Positions 10,757 through 22,228 of a stretch of DNA of 64,000 nucleotides are shown one piece after another. Below the pieces are notes generated by a model that saw only the letters and a list, made by a program, of their open reading frames with translations, made no database searches and had not been told where the DNA came from. Position 1 is the first letter of the stretch. The number at the start of each line of letters is the position of its first letter. The position numbers were made by a program, and so were the translations under genes. The DNA comes from Alphaproteobacteria bacterium (GTDB lineage Bacteria > Pseudomonadota > Alphaproteobacteria > UBA2966), in assembly GCA_964291395.2 (NCBI GenBank), contig OZ219856.1, positions 480,001-544,000 on the forward strand, given 5' to 3'.

Positions 10757-11194
10757 CTAATCCGCTCCGGCGAGGAGCCGGTTCAGGGCGATCTTTTCCG
10801 GCTCCGCCATCAGCACGCTTTCAAGCGCCTGTCGCGGGTCCTTGAACGTGAGGGCCAGCGGTTCGTGGGCGGGAACCTTGATTTCGCCCGAACCGGAGAC
10901 CTGAAAGTAGATCGGCGTGTAGTTTCCGCCCGTCCAGGGGCTGAGCAAGGTGCCCGGCGAATGCAAAAGGCGCTCCACCCGCACCTCGAGCGTGGCTTCC
11001 TCCTTGAATTCCCTGATCACGGCATCCTCGGCCGCCTCGCCGTCCTCGACGCGTCCTCCTGGAAACTTCCAGCAGAAGACGTCGCCCACGCATTCGGCCG
11101 CGACGAGCACGAGGCCTTCCCGCATGAGAATTCCGTAAGCGCGGAAATTCTCGGGCTTCCGCCGCCCGGCCGTTTCCGGGTTGGTTTGCTCCAA
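10757..11194 (-). CDS. NUDIX hydrolase
   Basis: Nudix box GGRVEDGEAAEDAVIREFKEEAT; start uncertain. Confidence 0.85.
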   Translation of the reverse strand: MEQTNPETAGRRKPENFRAYGILMREGLVLVAAECVGDVFCWKFPGGRVEDGEAAEDAVIREFKEEATLEVRVERLLHSPGTLLSPWTGGNYTPIYFQVSGSGEIKVPAHEPLALTFKDPRQALESVLMAEPEKIALNRLLAGAD

Positions 11195-11223
11195 GGGAGC
11201 CGAGCCGCGACGGGACGTTGGCC

Positions 11224-11511
11224 CTACTCCAGCCCCTCGACGATGCAAAGGTTGCGGACCGAAGACTTCGCCGAATGCTCGAGAGCCTTCTTGTATTCCG
11301 GCGAGTCGTAGCAGGCGACGGCCTGCTCCAGACTGTCGAACTCAATGACGACGTTGCGTGCGTACTCTTCTCCCTCCAGAGAGACCGTCTTGCCTCCGCG
11401 GGCAAGGAATGTGCCCCCGTATTTCTCGATCGCCGGGCCCGCCAACTCCGCATACTTGCCGTATTCGTCCGGGTCCGTGACGTTGACGCGCGTCATCCAG
11501 TAGGCCGTCAT
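11224..11511 (-). CDS. DUF1330 family protein
   Basis: 95 aa; YGGTFLARGG, VVIEFDS and YDSPEY pattern. Confidence 0.88.
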   Translation of the reverse strand: MTAYWMTRVNVTDPDEYGKYAELAGPAIEKYGGTFLARGGKTVSLEGEEYARNVVIEFDSLEQAVACYDSPEYKKALEHSAKSSVRNLCIVEGLE

Positions 11512-11541
11512 TGTGGATCCTCCCTTTGCCGAGTGCCTGTG

Positions 11542-11967
11542 CTAGACGCCGACGAGATGCAACAGCACCTCGCGGTCTCGAGGCGCCCGGCGGTGTTCGA
11601 ACAAGAACACGCCTTGATACCGGCCGAGCGCCAGCCGTCCGTCGAGAATAGGCACGTTGAGGTGGGTTTGTGTCAACGCGCCCTTGATATGAGCGGGCAT
11701 GTCGTCCGGACCCTCCTCGATATGGCGGTAAAGGTCCTCGTTCTCCGGGACCAGTTGCATCAGAAATCGTTCCAGGTCGTGAAGCACATCCGGGCTCACG
11801 TTCTCCTGGATGACGAGGGATGCCGACGTGTGGCGGATGAAGAGCGTGAGCAGGCCCGAGTCTATGGGCTGGTCGGTCAGCCAGTCTTCGACCTCGTTCG
11901 TGATTTCGAGCAGGCCCTGTTTTTCTGCGCGCAGGATCAGCTGGTGCTGGGACTGTCTCATGTTCAC
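11542..11967 (-). CDS. yjbQ: YjbQ family (secondary thiamine-phosphate synthase-like)
   Basis: HTSASL..QEN, EGPDDMPAHIK and LGRYQGVFLFEHR motifs. Confidence 0.9.
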   Translation of the reverse strand: MNMRQSQHQLILRAEKQGLLEITNEVEDWLTDQPIDSGLLTLFIRHTSASLVIQENVSPDVLHDLERFLMQLVPENEDLYRHIEEGPDDMPAHIKGALTQTHLNVPILDGRLALGRYQGVFLFEHRRAPRDREVLLHLVGV

Positions 11968-12103
11968 CGTGTGGGGGGTCGAAACGCCCCTCGGCCGCGG
12001 CGTGAGCCCTCGCGGAGAGGGATCGGTGCGCGGCCTCGACCCGCCATCATAAAGACGCGGCTGCCGTTTGGCGACGAAAGGTCAACAAATTCTCCGGCAT
12101 CCT

Positions 12104-12132
12104 CTTGAATGCCGGGAAGGCAAGGTCTATCT
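12104..12132 (+). promoter_or_regulatory. RpoH (sigma32)-type heat-shock promoter of groESL
   Basis: CTTGAA (12104-12109) - 17 nt - CTATCT (12127-12132), resembling the alphaproteobacterial RpoH consensus. Confidence 0.7.
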
Positions 12133-12134
12133 CT

Positions 12135-12161
12135 CTGGCACTCTCAGAACATGAGTGCTAA
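12135..12161. promoter_or_regulatory. CIRCE element 1 (HrcA operator)
   Basis: CTGGCACTC-N9-GAGTGCTAA versus consensus TTAGCACTC-N9-GAGTGCTAA. Confidence 0.9.
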
Positions 12162-12166
12162 AAGCT

Positions 12167-12193
12167 TTGGCACTCGATCCTCGAGAGTGCTAA
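12167..12193. promoter_or_regulatory. CIRCE element 2 (HrcA operator)
   Basis: TTGGCACTC-N9-GAGTGCTAA. Confidence 0.92.
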
Positions 12194-12242
12194 GTTCTCG
12201 GGGATTGCACCTGCAGATTTCCGTTAAGTAGGGAGAAAACAC

Positions 12243-12563
12243 ATGAGCTTCAGACCATTGCACGACCGTGTGCTCGTGCGGCGGATAGAGGAAGAGGAAA
12301 AGACCGCCGGCGGCATCATCATCCCGGACACCGCCAAGGAGAAACCGATGGAAGGAGAGATTCTCGCCGTCGGTCCGGGCGCCCGCAACGAGCAGGGCTC
12401 GCTGACCCCGCTCGACGTCAAGACGGGCGACCGCATCCTGTTCGGGAAATGGTCCGGCACCGAAGTCACCATGGACGGCGAGGAACTCATCATCATGAAG
12501 GAATCCGACGTCATGGGCATCATCGAGGACACCAAGTCCAAGTCCAAGAAGAAGGCCGCCTAG
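12243..12563 (+). CDS. groES: Co-chaperonin GroES
   Basis: [21 protein letters not shown] and FGKWSGTEV motifs. Confidence 0.98.
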   Translation: MSFRPLHDRVLVRRIEEEEKTAGGIIIPDTAKEKPMEGEILAVGPGARNEQGSLTPLDVKTGDRILFGKWSGTEVTMDGEELIIMKESDVMGIIEDTKSKSKKKAA

Positions 12564-14216
<1,653 letters not shown>

Positions 14217-14250
14217 CCCCTCTCCACGACGGCAACACGAATTCCTTCAT

Positions 14251-14276
14251 GGGGCGCCTTCGGGCGCCCCTTTTTT
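14251..14276 (+). terminator. Rho-independent terminator of groESL
   Basis: GGGGCGCC-TTCG-GGCGCCCC followed by TTTTTT. Confidence 0.92.
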
Positions 14277-14313
14277 GTGTGCCGAGCAGGGCCGGCGAGG
14301 CCATTCGGTTGAG

Positions 14314-15573
14314 TTACTTGCGTGTCGTGCGTGCACAGAGCCGCGCCCGTGCTGTGACCAGGCTCGCCAACCGCGAGAGCGCGCGGTGATCCAGGCCGGG
14401 CTGCATCAGTGCGGCTGCGGCTTCTTCCGCCTTTGCCGCGACACTCTCGGTCATCTCGGCGACCCGGCGTCGGACCAGTGGCAGTCCCAGGGTCGCGCCG
14501 GATGCGAATGTCGCCCAGGTTTCGGGGTCCAGTTCCTCGAGCGTTGCGCGCTTGCCTATGCGCATGGCGAGCCTGGGCGAAAGTTCGGGATAGGACACGG
14601 TCGAGAGCAGATCGTAGAGCGGCGCGAGGCGAGGTCCGCTGTCGTGGTACAGGACGGAAAAGTTCTTTCCGTGAGCATCGGCGTTGCCCACGATCAGATT
14701 GAAAATGACGGCATCGAGCAGCTTGAGGACGTCGAGTGCGGGTCGAAGGGAGACGGAGCGGAGAAAGCCGAAGCAGTCCTCCAACGTCGGGCCTCCCTCG
14801 TCCGCGTATTTGAGCTCTGGAGGCACGGCGAGCGCTTGACAGAAGTCTTCCTGGTGGACGCGCCGGATGCCGCCATCGGCGCCGGCCGAGCGGTCGTACC
14901 GCTCGACGAGAAGAAACTCCCGGTTTCCGGTCACGCGGGGTGCGGCCGATGCGGCATCGAGACCGATCTCCGCCGCGAGGCGCATCACGAAGGCTTCGTT
15001 CTCGGTCGTTCCGGGGAACCTTGCGATGGGCGGCTTGAGAATGTGCGTGGTCGGCTGCCCGGACACGGGCAACGCGATCTCGCCGTCGACGAGCACCACG
15101 GGGAGTTTCGATTGGGCGCCGGCGAGCGAGAGCCTGAGCCCCTCGCTGCCGGCAAGCAGCGGGCGCGACGGCAGCGCGTCGAGCACGCCGATCAGGCCTG
15201 CCTCGTCGAGCGCGGTCGGCGGTCGATCGAAGCGGGGAGCTTTCGGAGCTTCTCCAGGGGCCAGGAGCTGAAGCGCGCCCGCGACATCGCCGCCAAGCCG
15301 GTCGAGAAGCGCGAAGTCGTTGCCCCTGGACACGCCGAGAGCGCGCGCCGCCGCGTCGCGCTGGCTGTCTTCCGGCAGCAGGCCCCCGAAGAAGGGGCGG
15401 CACTCGCGTCGGGAGAACGGCTCTGCGCGCTTGGGCAGCGAAGCGGAAAGGGGCCGTGTACTCTGATCGAGGAGCCACTCGTCGGAGTACGCGAAGCCGA
15501 GTTCGCCGTGGCGGTCCTGGGTAAGCCGTCCGACGAGCTTGCCGTCCCACCAGACATGGAGGACACGGTTCAT
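14314..15573 (-). CDS. hipA: Type II TA toxin, HipA family kinase
   Basis: HipA_N domain (LSASLP, FFGGLLPE), SLAGAQSKL, HQEDFCQAL, NADAHGKNFS and LAPLYDL motifs. Confidence 0.93.
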   Translation of the reverse strand: MNRVLHVWWDGKLVGRLTQDRHGELGFAYSDEWLLDQSTRPLSASLPKRAEPFSRRECRPFFGGLLPEDSQRDAAARALGVSRGNDFALLDRLGGDVAGALQLLAPGEAPKAPRFDRPPTALDEAGLIGVLDALPSRPLLAGSEGLRLSLAGAQSKLPVVLVDGEIALPVSGQPTTHILKPPIARFPGTTENEAFVMRLAAEIGLDAASAAPRVTGNREFLLVERYDRSAGADGGIRRVHQEDFCQALAVPPELKYADEGGPTLEDCFGFLRSVSLRPALDVLKLLDAVIFNLIVGNADAHGKNFSVLYHDSGPRLAPLYDLLSTVSYPELSPRLAMRIGKRATLEELDPETWATFASGATLGLPLVRRRVAEMTESVAAKAEEAAAALMQPGLDHRALSRLASLVTARARLCARTTRK

Positions 15574-15809
15574 CCGTTCTCCGTGACCTCGGGCCGCGGC
15601 GGCAGGATTTCAAAGGAGCAGCCGAGCGCGTGCAGGACTTGAAGCGTCTTACCGATCTGGGCGGTCGCCTTTCCCCGTTCGAGTTCGACGAGGAAGCGCA
15701 GGCCGACGCCGGCGGCGCCGGCGAGTTCGTCCTGCCGCAGCCCGGCAGCCTTGCGGGTGGCGCGGACGATGCGGCCGATTTCGGTGGGTGTGAGTGTTCG
15801 GGCGCGCAT
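15570..15809 (-). CDS. hipB: HipB-like XRE antitoxin (y4mF family)
   Basis: 79 aa HTH (RKAAGLRQDELAGAAGVGLRFLVELERGK); ATGA overlap with hipA. Confidence 0.88.
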   Translation of the reverse strand: MRARTLTPTEIGRIVRATRKAAGLRQDELAGAAGVGLRFLVELERGKATAQIGKTLQVLHALGCSFEILPPRPEVTENG

Positions 15810-15813
15810 GACA

Positions 15814-15926
15814 TTTACCGATCGGGAACATATGTTGGTTTGTCGGTCTTGTCCATCCGAAATTTCCCGAACGGGTAAACTGTCGCGCAGACGTCCTAAT
15901 GCATCGAAACTATCCCGTTCGGGAAA
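15814..15926. promoter_or_regulatory. Three palindromic operator sites upstream of hipBA
   Basis: TTTACCGATCGGGAAC (15814), TTTCCCGAACGGGTAA (15863) and TATCCCGTTCGGGAAA (15911), spaced 49 and 48 bp. Confidence 0.75.
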
Positions 15927-16118
15927 AATCGGGATGCAGCGTTCGTGCGTGGAATTTACCTTGGGGGGGATGGATCGGTGCCGTTGCGGCCGGACGACGG
16001 TACATCGGCCGGGTTCTCGGCCGCAGGGCGGCCGGATGCGCGCGGGAATGGAGGTGGCCGTGACGTCGCGGCGAGGGCGGTTTTGACAGCCTCCGGGCGA
16101 TCTGGCAATAGACCCCAT

Positions 16119-16580
16119 ATGCCTCGGTTCGACTCACGCATTCGCATCGATGCGTCCGCGGCGCGGGTATGGGATGTCTTGTCGGATTTCGGTCGATACG
16201 CCGAATGGAATCCGCTGTTTCCGTCCGCCGAGGGGTCCCTGGCCAACGGGTCCCACCTGAAATTGACGTTGAAGCCGCCCTTCGGACGGCGCGTCGAACT
16301 GCGAGGCCGAATCGTCCGTATGGAGACCGAACGGGAACTCGTCCTCCAAACGCGGGCTCCCGTGCCGGGCCTCTGTCATTGTCGGTCCGAATTCAGGATC
16401 GAGTCCGGGACGGAGGCCGTGCGCCTTTACCACAGCGAGGTCTATGGCGGCGGTCTGCTGTTTTTCATCGCCGGAGAGCGGGGCATGAAAATGCGCGAGG
16501 GATGCTTCGCGCTGAACCTCGCGGTCAAGCGGCGCGCAGAGGACCGGGACTGGAAAATATGGCCGCGGGCGCGCGGCTGA
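16119..16580 (+). CDS. SRPBCC / polyketide cyclase-like domain protein
   Basis: IRIDASAARVWDVLSDFGRYAEWNP start and N.AVKRRAE end. Confidence 0.8.
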   Translation: MPRFDSRIRIDASAARVWDVLSDFGRYAEWNPLFPSAEGSLANGSHLKLTLKPPFGRRVELRGRIVRMETERELVLQTRAPVPGLCHCRSEFRIESGTEAVRLYHSEVYGGGLLFFIAGERGMKMREGCFALNLAVKRRAEDRDWKIWPRARG

Positions 16581-16621
16581 GAGCCGATGAGGGCGTTCCG
16601 CGCGACGGACGACGTCACGGC

Positions 16622-16960
16622 TCAGAACCCCCATTGGGTGAACGTGAGCAATATGAACGCCGATGTGCCGGCGCCGACACCGAGCAGGAGATTTCGCCGT
16701 CCGACGAAGAAAGCCGCCAGCCCGATGCCGACGGCGATGATGCGGTCGTGGAGGGGCGTGGCGGCAAGGTCCCCGAACGGCAGGACGATCATCCGTGACA
16801 TCAGGCCGGCGAGCAGGGCGTAGGTGACGCACGTCATCCACTCGAATACCCGACTTTCAGGGTCGATTCTCGAGGAAAGGGGGACAGCCAGACCCCGCCA
16901 GAAATAGGTGGCGCCGACTGCCGCCAGCAGGAGCATCCATGTGTCGGGGGCGGGCGTCAT
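16622..16960 (-). CDS. AzlD-domain membrane protein
   Basis: Small hydrophobic ORF (ATYFWRG, YALLAGL) coupled to an azlC-like gene. Confidence 0.78.
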   Translation of the reverse strand: MTPAPDTWMLLLAAVGATYFWRGLAVPLSSRIDPESRVFEWMTCVTYALLAGLMSRMIVLPFGDLAATPLHDRIIAVGIGLAAFFVGRRNLLLGVGAGTSAFILLTFTQWGF

Positions 16961-17712
16961 GACGACCGCCGCTTCGTCAGCCATCTGTCCGCGATAAAGC
17001 CTGCGCTGCCCGCGACGACGCCGGTGAACAGCATGCCCCAGCCGGGCGCATAGGGATGCACCAGGGGTCCGACGACCGCGCCCGCGATGAGCGCCAGGAT
17101 CACGGCGCGGTTTCGGGAGTCGGCCAGAAGAAGCAACATGAAAAGCGGGTTGACGAGAACCAGCGCCACTGCGAGCGGCCGAGGCAGGGCGCCGGTCAGG
17201 ATGTATCCGAGAGCGGTGCCGGCCAGCGAGATGACGAGAATGGAAAGCGTGAACGCGAGGAAATAGGAGCGGCGCCTGTCAGCGGGGAAGCGGGGGAATA
17301 CGCGGCGGCAATACGCCCAGGACTGCGCCGACAGAAGGTGCGCATAGAGATAAAGCCATCCCGCGCGTTTCAGATCGACGCGCAACAGGGGAAGAAGTGA
17401 CATCACCATCGGCAGAAATCGGGCGTTGGCGAGAGACACGGCGAGGACCAGGGCGGCCACCTCGCTCCCCGTCGCATGCAGCTCGACGAAGACGATTTGC
17501 CCCGGCAAGGCCCAGACACCGATCGTGGAGGCGAGAGCGATGTCCAGTGTGAGCCCGCCTTCACGGGCGAGCGAGCCGAAGGCCGTCATGCTGCAAAGCA
17601 ACACCAACAGCGGCATCCCGATGGCGTCCCGAATGCCGCGCTGAACGGCTTCGAACGTCGAGAGGTTTTCATACGGCACGGTCGACATCGGCGAGGGTCC
17701 CAACAGCGTCAC
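16957..17712 (-). CDS. AzlC family amino-acid exporter permease
   Basis: FGSLA, WALPGQ and NARF motifs; multiple TM segments. Confidence 0.82.
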   Translation of the reverse strand: MTLLGPSPMSTVPYENLSTFEAVQRGIRDAIGMPLLVLLCSMTAFGSLAREGGLTLDIALASTIGVWALPGQIVFVELHATGSEVAALVLAVSLANARFLPMVMSLLPLLRVDLKRAGWLYLYAHLLSAQSWAYCRRVFPRFPADRRRSYFLAFTLSILVISLAGTALGYILTGALPRPLAVALVLVNPLFMLLLLADSRNRAVILALIAGAVVGPLVHPYAPGWGMLFTGVVAGSAGFIADRWLTKRRSS

Positions 17713-17750
17713 GCGGCGGTGCTATTCTTGGCGATGAGGAGGGAGAGTAT

Positions 17751-18854
17751 TTGGCCGTCGCCGGACATGCCACCGCCGAGGGAACGTCGCGCTACCGGGC
17801 GCGTCATGGCGAACGGTGCTCCGCCGGGCACTTCACGGAAGCGGACCGGCTCTGGTGGTCCTCGGTCGGGCTCGGGTCCTATCTCGGCGGTGTCGACGAT
17901 CCCACGGACGACCTCGTCATGCGCGCCTTTGCCCGCTGTGTCGCGGGCGGCGTCAACGTCATCGACACGGCGATCAACTATCGCCATCAGCGCGCGGAAC
18001 GGTGCCTCGGCCAGGCGCTGTCGGCGCAGATCGACGCCGGCGTCGTGGCGCGGGACGAAATCATTCTATGCACCAAAGGGGGCTATCTGCCGCATCCCGA
18101 CCGCGCCGACTGGTTTGTAGCGGAGATCGTGAGACCATCTCGAGGCAGGGTTTCGTTGGATGATCTGGTGGGAGGATCGCACTGCATGCACCCCGACTAT
18201 ATCGATGATCAAATCGAGCGGAGCCGTGCGAACCTGGGAGTGGAGACGATCGATCTCTATTACCTGCACAATCCGGAATCCCAGGTCGGTGCGGTTGACG
18301 AGCAGACCTTGCACGAGCGGCTGTCGGCGGCGTTCGAAATCCTCGAGCGTGCGGCGGACGAGGGGCGGATACGCATGTACGGACTCGCGACATGGAGTGC
18401 CTTTCGCGTCCCGGCCGGTCAGCGCGGCCACATGTCGCTCGAGCTGGCGAAGCGGCTGGCGGCGCGGGTGGCGCCGGGCGGGACCGATCGGCTGAGGTTC
18501 GTTCAGCTTCCCCTCAATCCCACCATGCCGGAGGCGTTGACGACCGCTTCGCAGACGGTCGGCGGACATGAGCTGCCTGCGCTTGCCGCCTGCCGGTCCC
18601 TGGGCGTTCACGCGATTGCCAGCCGGTCGGTCGCCAAGGGAGAGATTCGCCTGCCGCCGAAGGTCGTCCGCACGTTGGGTGAAAGTTTGAAGAGTGACGC
18701 ACAACGCTCGCTGCAGTTCGCGCGCAGTGCGCCGGCCGTGGTCTCGGCCCTCGCCGGCATGAAATCCCCGAACTTCGTCGCCGAGAACCTCGGTCTTTGC
18801 GCTGTCGATCCTCTGTCCCCGGCGACGTACGCGAGCCTTCCGGACTACGACTGA
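17751..18854 (+). CDS. Aldo/keto reductase
   Basis: GLGSY, IDTAINY, TKGG and ETIDLYYLHNP motifs. Confidence 0.9.
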   Translation: MAVAGHATAEGTSRYRARHGERCSAGHFTEADRLWWSSVGLGSYLGGVDDPTDDLVMRAFARCVAGGVNVIDTAINYRHQRAERCLGQALSAQIDAGVVARDEIILCTKGGYLPHPDRADWFVAEIVRPSRGRVSLDDLVGGSHCMHPDYIDDQIERSRANLGVETIDLYYLHNPESQVGAVDEQTLHERLSAAFEILERAADEGRIRMYGLATWSAFRVPAGQRGHMSLELAKRLAARVAPGGTDRLRFVQLPLNPTMPEALTTASQTVGGHELPALAACRSLGVHAIASRSVAKGEIRLPPKVVRTLGESLKSDAQRSLQFARSAPAVVSALAGMKSPNFVAENLGLCAVDPLSPATYASLPDYD

Positions 18855-19235
18855 ACGTCCGCTCGCGGCCGGGGCGCGGCAGTCGGACCGTGCCGCCGAC
18901 GGTGCGTCCCGCACCCGGGGAGGAAAGCACGGGCTGCCTGCGTTCCCTGGCGATTGCTCGCCGTGCATTTTCTCGATACCTTGTGGTCGGCCTGACGAGG
19001 TGGACGGATGGCACGTCGACATACGTGCGCAGTGGAGCCAAAGAAGGCGGAGCTGCCGGAGCCGGTACGCCGGTTGGGGCCGTTCATGTATCGCTGGGCA
19101 CGCTTCGGTTTTACCCCGCCGGATCGTGGCGGTCTCCCCTTTGTCCGGTTGGCGCGGCGACCGGGGCCACCCGCGGGTGTCCCGCGGTCCCTCCAGCGTC
19201 CGATCATCCAGCGCCCAATGAGGAGGTAAGACATC

Positions 19236-20894
19236 GTGTCGGAAAAAGCTTCGCAGCATGTTGCCAAGGAAGGGATCTGGAAGGGGCTTCATCCGGGGAT
19301 GGGTCTTGCCTCCAAGGGTATGGTCGCGGCGTTCGTCATCTTCACGGCCCTCAACGTCGATTTCGCCAACTCGGTCTACTCGGCGGTGCGCGGATGGATC
19401 GAATCGGCATTGAACTGGTACTACATCAGCGCCCTCATCATCATATTCTTCGTCTGCATCTATCTGATGCTCAGCCGTTTCGGCAGCATCAGGCTGGGCG
19501 ACGACGACAGCCGGCCCGAGTTCAGTAAATTCTCCTGGTTCGCCATGCTGTTCTCGGCAGGCGTGGGGATCGGACTGCTGTTCTTCGGCATCGCCGAGCC
19601 GGTGTTCTACTTCGACAACACGGCGCCCTGGGGCTATCCCAACAATCCCTTCGCGGATCACGCGCACGTAACCGAGATGAACGAGAGTCGCGCCATCCTC
19701 GCCATGCGCGTGACCTATTTCCATTGGGGGTTTCACGGCTGGGCGGTCTACGTGATGGTCGGCCTGTGCCTCGCTTATTTCGGCTTCCGCAAGAAGCTGC
19801 CGCTGACCCTGCGCTCGGCGCTCTATCCGGTCATCGGCGATCGAATCTACGGCCCCATCGGTCACGCGGTGGACCTGCTGGCGGTGTTCGGGACGGTGTT
19901 CGGCGTGGCCACGTCGCTGGGGCTCGGCGTCAGCCAGATGGCGGCGGGGCTCAACCACCTGTTCGGGGTCGACCCGGGGACGACCACCCAGATCATTCTG
20001 ATCGTGATCATCTCCGTGGTGGCGACCTTCTCTGCCGTGTCGGGCGTCGGCAATGGCATCCGCATCATTTCCGAATGGAATATCTGGCTCAGCGTCGTGC
20101 TGCTCGCCTTCTTCCTGTTCGGCGGTCCGGCCAAGTGGCTGTTGGGCTTCTTCGTCACCACCGTCGGCGACTATCTCTGGAACGTCGTCCCCATGGGCTT
20201 TCAGACCTTCAACAGCGAGGGCGATTCCGCCTGGCAGGGCGGGTGGACGATCTTCTACTGGGGCTGGTGGATATCCTGGGCGCCGTTCGTCGGCATGTTC
20301 ATCGCGCGGATCAGCCGCGGGCGCACCATCCGCGAGTTCATGGTGGGCGTGATGTTCGTGCCGACGACCCTCGCCTTCTTCTGGCTCTGCATCTTCGGCG
20401 GCAACGCCATCCACGCGGAGCTGAACGCCGTCGGCGGCGTGGGAACGGCCGGAATCGCGCAACTCGTCAGGGATTGGAACCTGCCGGCGGCGCTCTACGG
20501 CACCATCGACCTGGTCACCGGCGTCGCCTGGCTGAACTGGGCCATGGCGGCCCTGGCCACGTTCCTGCTGGCGACCTGGTTCATCACGTCGTCGGACTCG
20601 GGCACCCTGGTCATCACCACCATGCTCAGCATGGGCGATGACGACCCGCCGCAGAAGTTCCGCATCGTCTGGGGTCTCGGCGAGGGCTTCGTGGCCGCGG
20701 TCCTGCTGTTCGCCGGGGGGTTGAAGGCCTTGCAGACGGCCTCGATCGCGGCGGCGATGCCGGTCAGCGTGATCCTGCTCCTGATGACCTACGGGATCGT
20801 CAAGTCGCTGAACGAGGATCCCAGTGCGGTGCCCGCGCCCGAGGACAGCAAGGCGCCGGACGGCACCAGCCTCTCCGGTGAGCTGCACGCCTGA
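19236..20894 (+). CDS. BCCT family transporter
   Basis: SWFAMLFSAGVGIGL, FHWGFHGW and WTIFYWGWWISWAPFVGMFIARISRGRT motifs; RBS GAGGAGG. Confidence 0.95.
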   Translation: MSEKASQHVAKEGIWKGLHPGMGLASKGMVAAFVIFTALNVDFANSVYSAVRGWIESALNWYYISALIIIFFVCIYLMLSRFGSIRLGDDDSRPEFSKFSWFAMLFSAGVGIGLLFFGIAEPVFYFDNTAPWGYPNNPFADHAHVTEMNESRAILAMRVTYFHWGFHGWAVYVMVGLCLAYFGFRKKLPLTLRSALYPVIGDRIYGPIGHAVDLLAVFGTVFGVATSLGLGVSQMAAGLNHLFGVDPGTTTQIILIVIISVVATFSAVSGVGNGIRIISEWNIWLSVVLLAFFLFGGPAKWLLGFFVTTVGDYLWNVVPMGFQTFNSEGDSAWQGGWTIFYWGWWISWAPFVGMFIARISRGRTIREFMVGVMFVPTTLAFFWLCIFGGNAIHAELNAVGGVGTAGIAQLVRDWNLPAALYGTIDLVTGVAWLNWAMAALATFLLATWFITSSDSGTLVITTMLSMGDDDPPQKFRIVWGLGEGFVAAVLLFAGGLKALQTASIAAAMPVSVILLLMTYGIVKSLNEDPSAVPAPEDSKAPDGTSLSGELHA

Positions 20895-20943
20895 TCCGGG
20901 GGGATCTGCGCGGAGTTCCGGTTCGAATAGGGAGGGAGTAGAG

Positions 20944-22053
20944 ATGAATGCGCGTTATTTGGTTGCGACTCTCGGTTCGGCGGTCGCGCTGCTGGCCTCC
21001 GGCCCGTCCGTGTCGCACGGGCCCCAGAAGGAACTGACGGTTGTCTCGTGGGGCGGCGACTACACCAGGAGTCAGATGCTGGCCTACGTGAAACCCTACC
21101 GCCGGCACAGCGGCGAATGGGTGGCGATGGAGACCTACGGCGGGGGGCTCGACGAGATTCGCGAGCAGGTCGAAACCGAGAACGTCGTGTGGGACGTCGT
21201 GGATTTCGAGCAATCGGATCTGATTCAGGGCTGCCGCGAGGGTCTGCTCGAAGAGATCGACCACGGCAGCTTGCCGCCCGGCGACGACGGCACGCCCGCG
21301 ATGGAAGATTTTATCCCCGGTTCGTTCACCGAATGCGGCGTCGGCCAGATGGTCTGGGCGACGGTGGTCGCCTATGACGACGAAGCCGTCGGCGGCAACC
21401 CGCCCGGGGGGCTGGCGGATTTCTTCGACGTGAAGAAATATCCCGGTAAGCGGGGGCTGCGCCGCGACCCGCGGGTGATCATGGAATGGGCCCTGATGGC
21501 TGACGGCGTCGCCCCCGACAAGGTGTACGAGACGCTGGCGACCGAGGAGGGGCAACGGCGCGCGTTCTCCGTACTGGACGGGATCAAGGCCCATATCGTC
21601 TGGTGGAAGTCCGGCGACGAGCCGGTCGCGCTCCTGGAGTCCGGGACGGTGGTCATGACTTCGGTGTGGAACGGGCGGATGTACCGTCCCATCGCCGAGG
21701 AGGGAAAGCCCTTCACCATCCTCTGGGACGGACAGATCTGGGACATCGATTCCTGGGGCGTTCCGAAGGGCAGCCCCAACTTGGCCAAGGCCCTGGATTT
21801 CATCCGCTTTTCTACCGGTTCGGGCCCGCTCGCCGAGCAGACCAGGTTCATTTCCTACGGCCCCGCGAGGAGATCGGCGATGGCGCTGGTCGCCGAGGCC
21901 ACCGAGCCCCATCTCCCTACCGCGGGGAAGAACATGGCGAATGCGCTGCAAACCGATGCGGAGTGGTGGGCGAGTCGTCTCACCAGGCTCTCGGCAAGGT
22001 TCGAGGAATGGCTCGCCGCGGGCGGTCGCGGGCCGTCGGGCACGGCGCGCTGA
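20944..22053 (+). CDS. ABC transporter substrate-binding protein (PotD/PotF-like), orphan
   Basis: Signal peptide, LTVVSWGG, WDVVD, PGKRGLR and WNGR motifs; no permease or ATPase adjacent. Confidence 0.88.
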   Translation: MNARYLVATLGSAVALLASGPSVSHGPQKELTVVSWGGDYTRSQMLAYVKPYRRHSGEWVAMETYGGGLDEIREQVETENVVWDVVDFEQSDLIQGCREGLLEEIDHGSLPPGDDGTPAMEDFIPGSFTECGVGQMVWATVVAYDDEAVGGNPPGGLADFFDVKKYPGKRGLRRDPRVIMEWALMADGVAPDKVYETLATEEGQRRAFSVLDGIKAHIVWWKSGDEPVALLESGTVVMTSVWNGRMYRPIAEEGKPFTILWDGQIWDIDSWGVPKGSPNLAKALDFIRFSTGSGPLAEQTRFISYGPARRSAMALVAEATEPHLPTAGKNMANALQTDAEWWASRLTRLSARFEEWLAAGGRGPSGTAR

Positions 22054-22228
22054 GCCGGTCCGACATACGCCGTGGTTTGTGAGCGCCGTGAAGAGTCGAG
22101 TTTACCCGGGGCTTTCCGTTCGCTACATTTCACGAAGTGAAGCGCGTGCCCGCCGGTCGCGACGGTCGTCGGCGAACGGTTCGCGTGGCGTGTGACGGGA
22201 GGCGACAAAAGCAGGAGAGGCGACCACG

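Noticed and set aside
18066-20888. 940-aa minus-strand ORF and other long shadow ORFs (e.g. 31898-34048, 40261-42126, 14213-15569)
   Set aside because: Antisense or alternate-frame products of high-GC genes; no motifs, Arg/Pro/Gly-rich.
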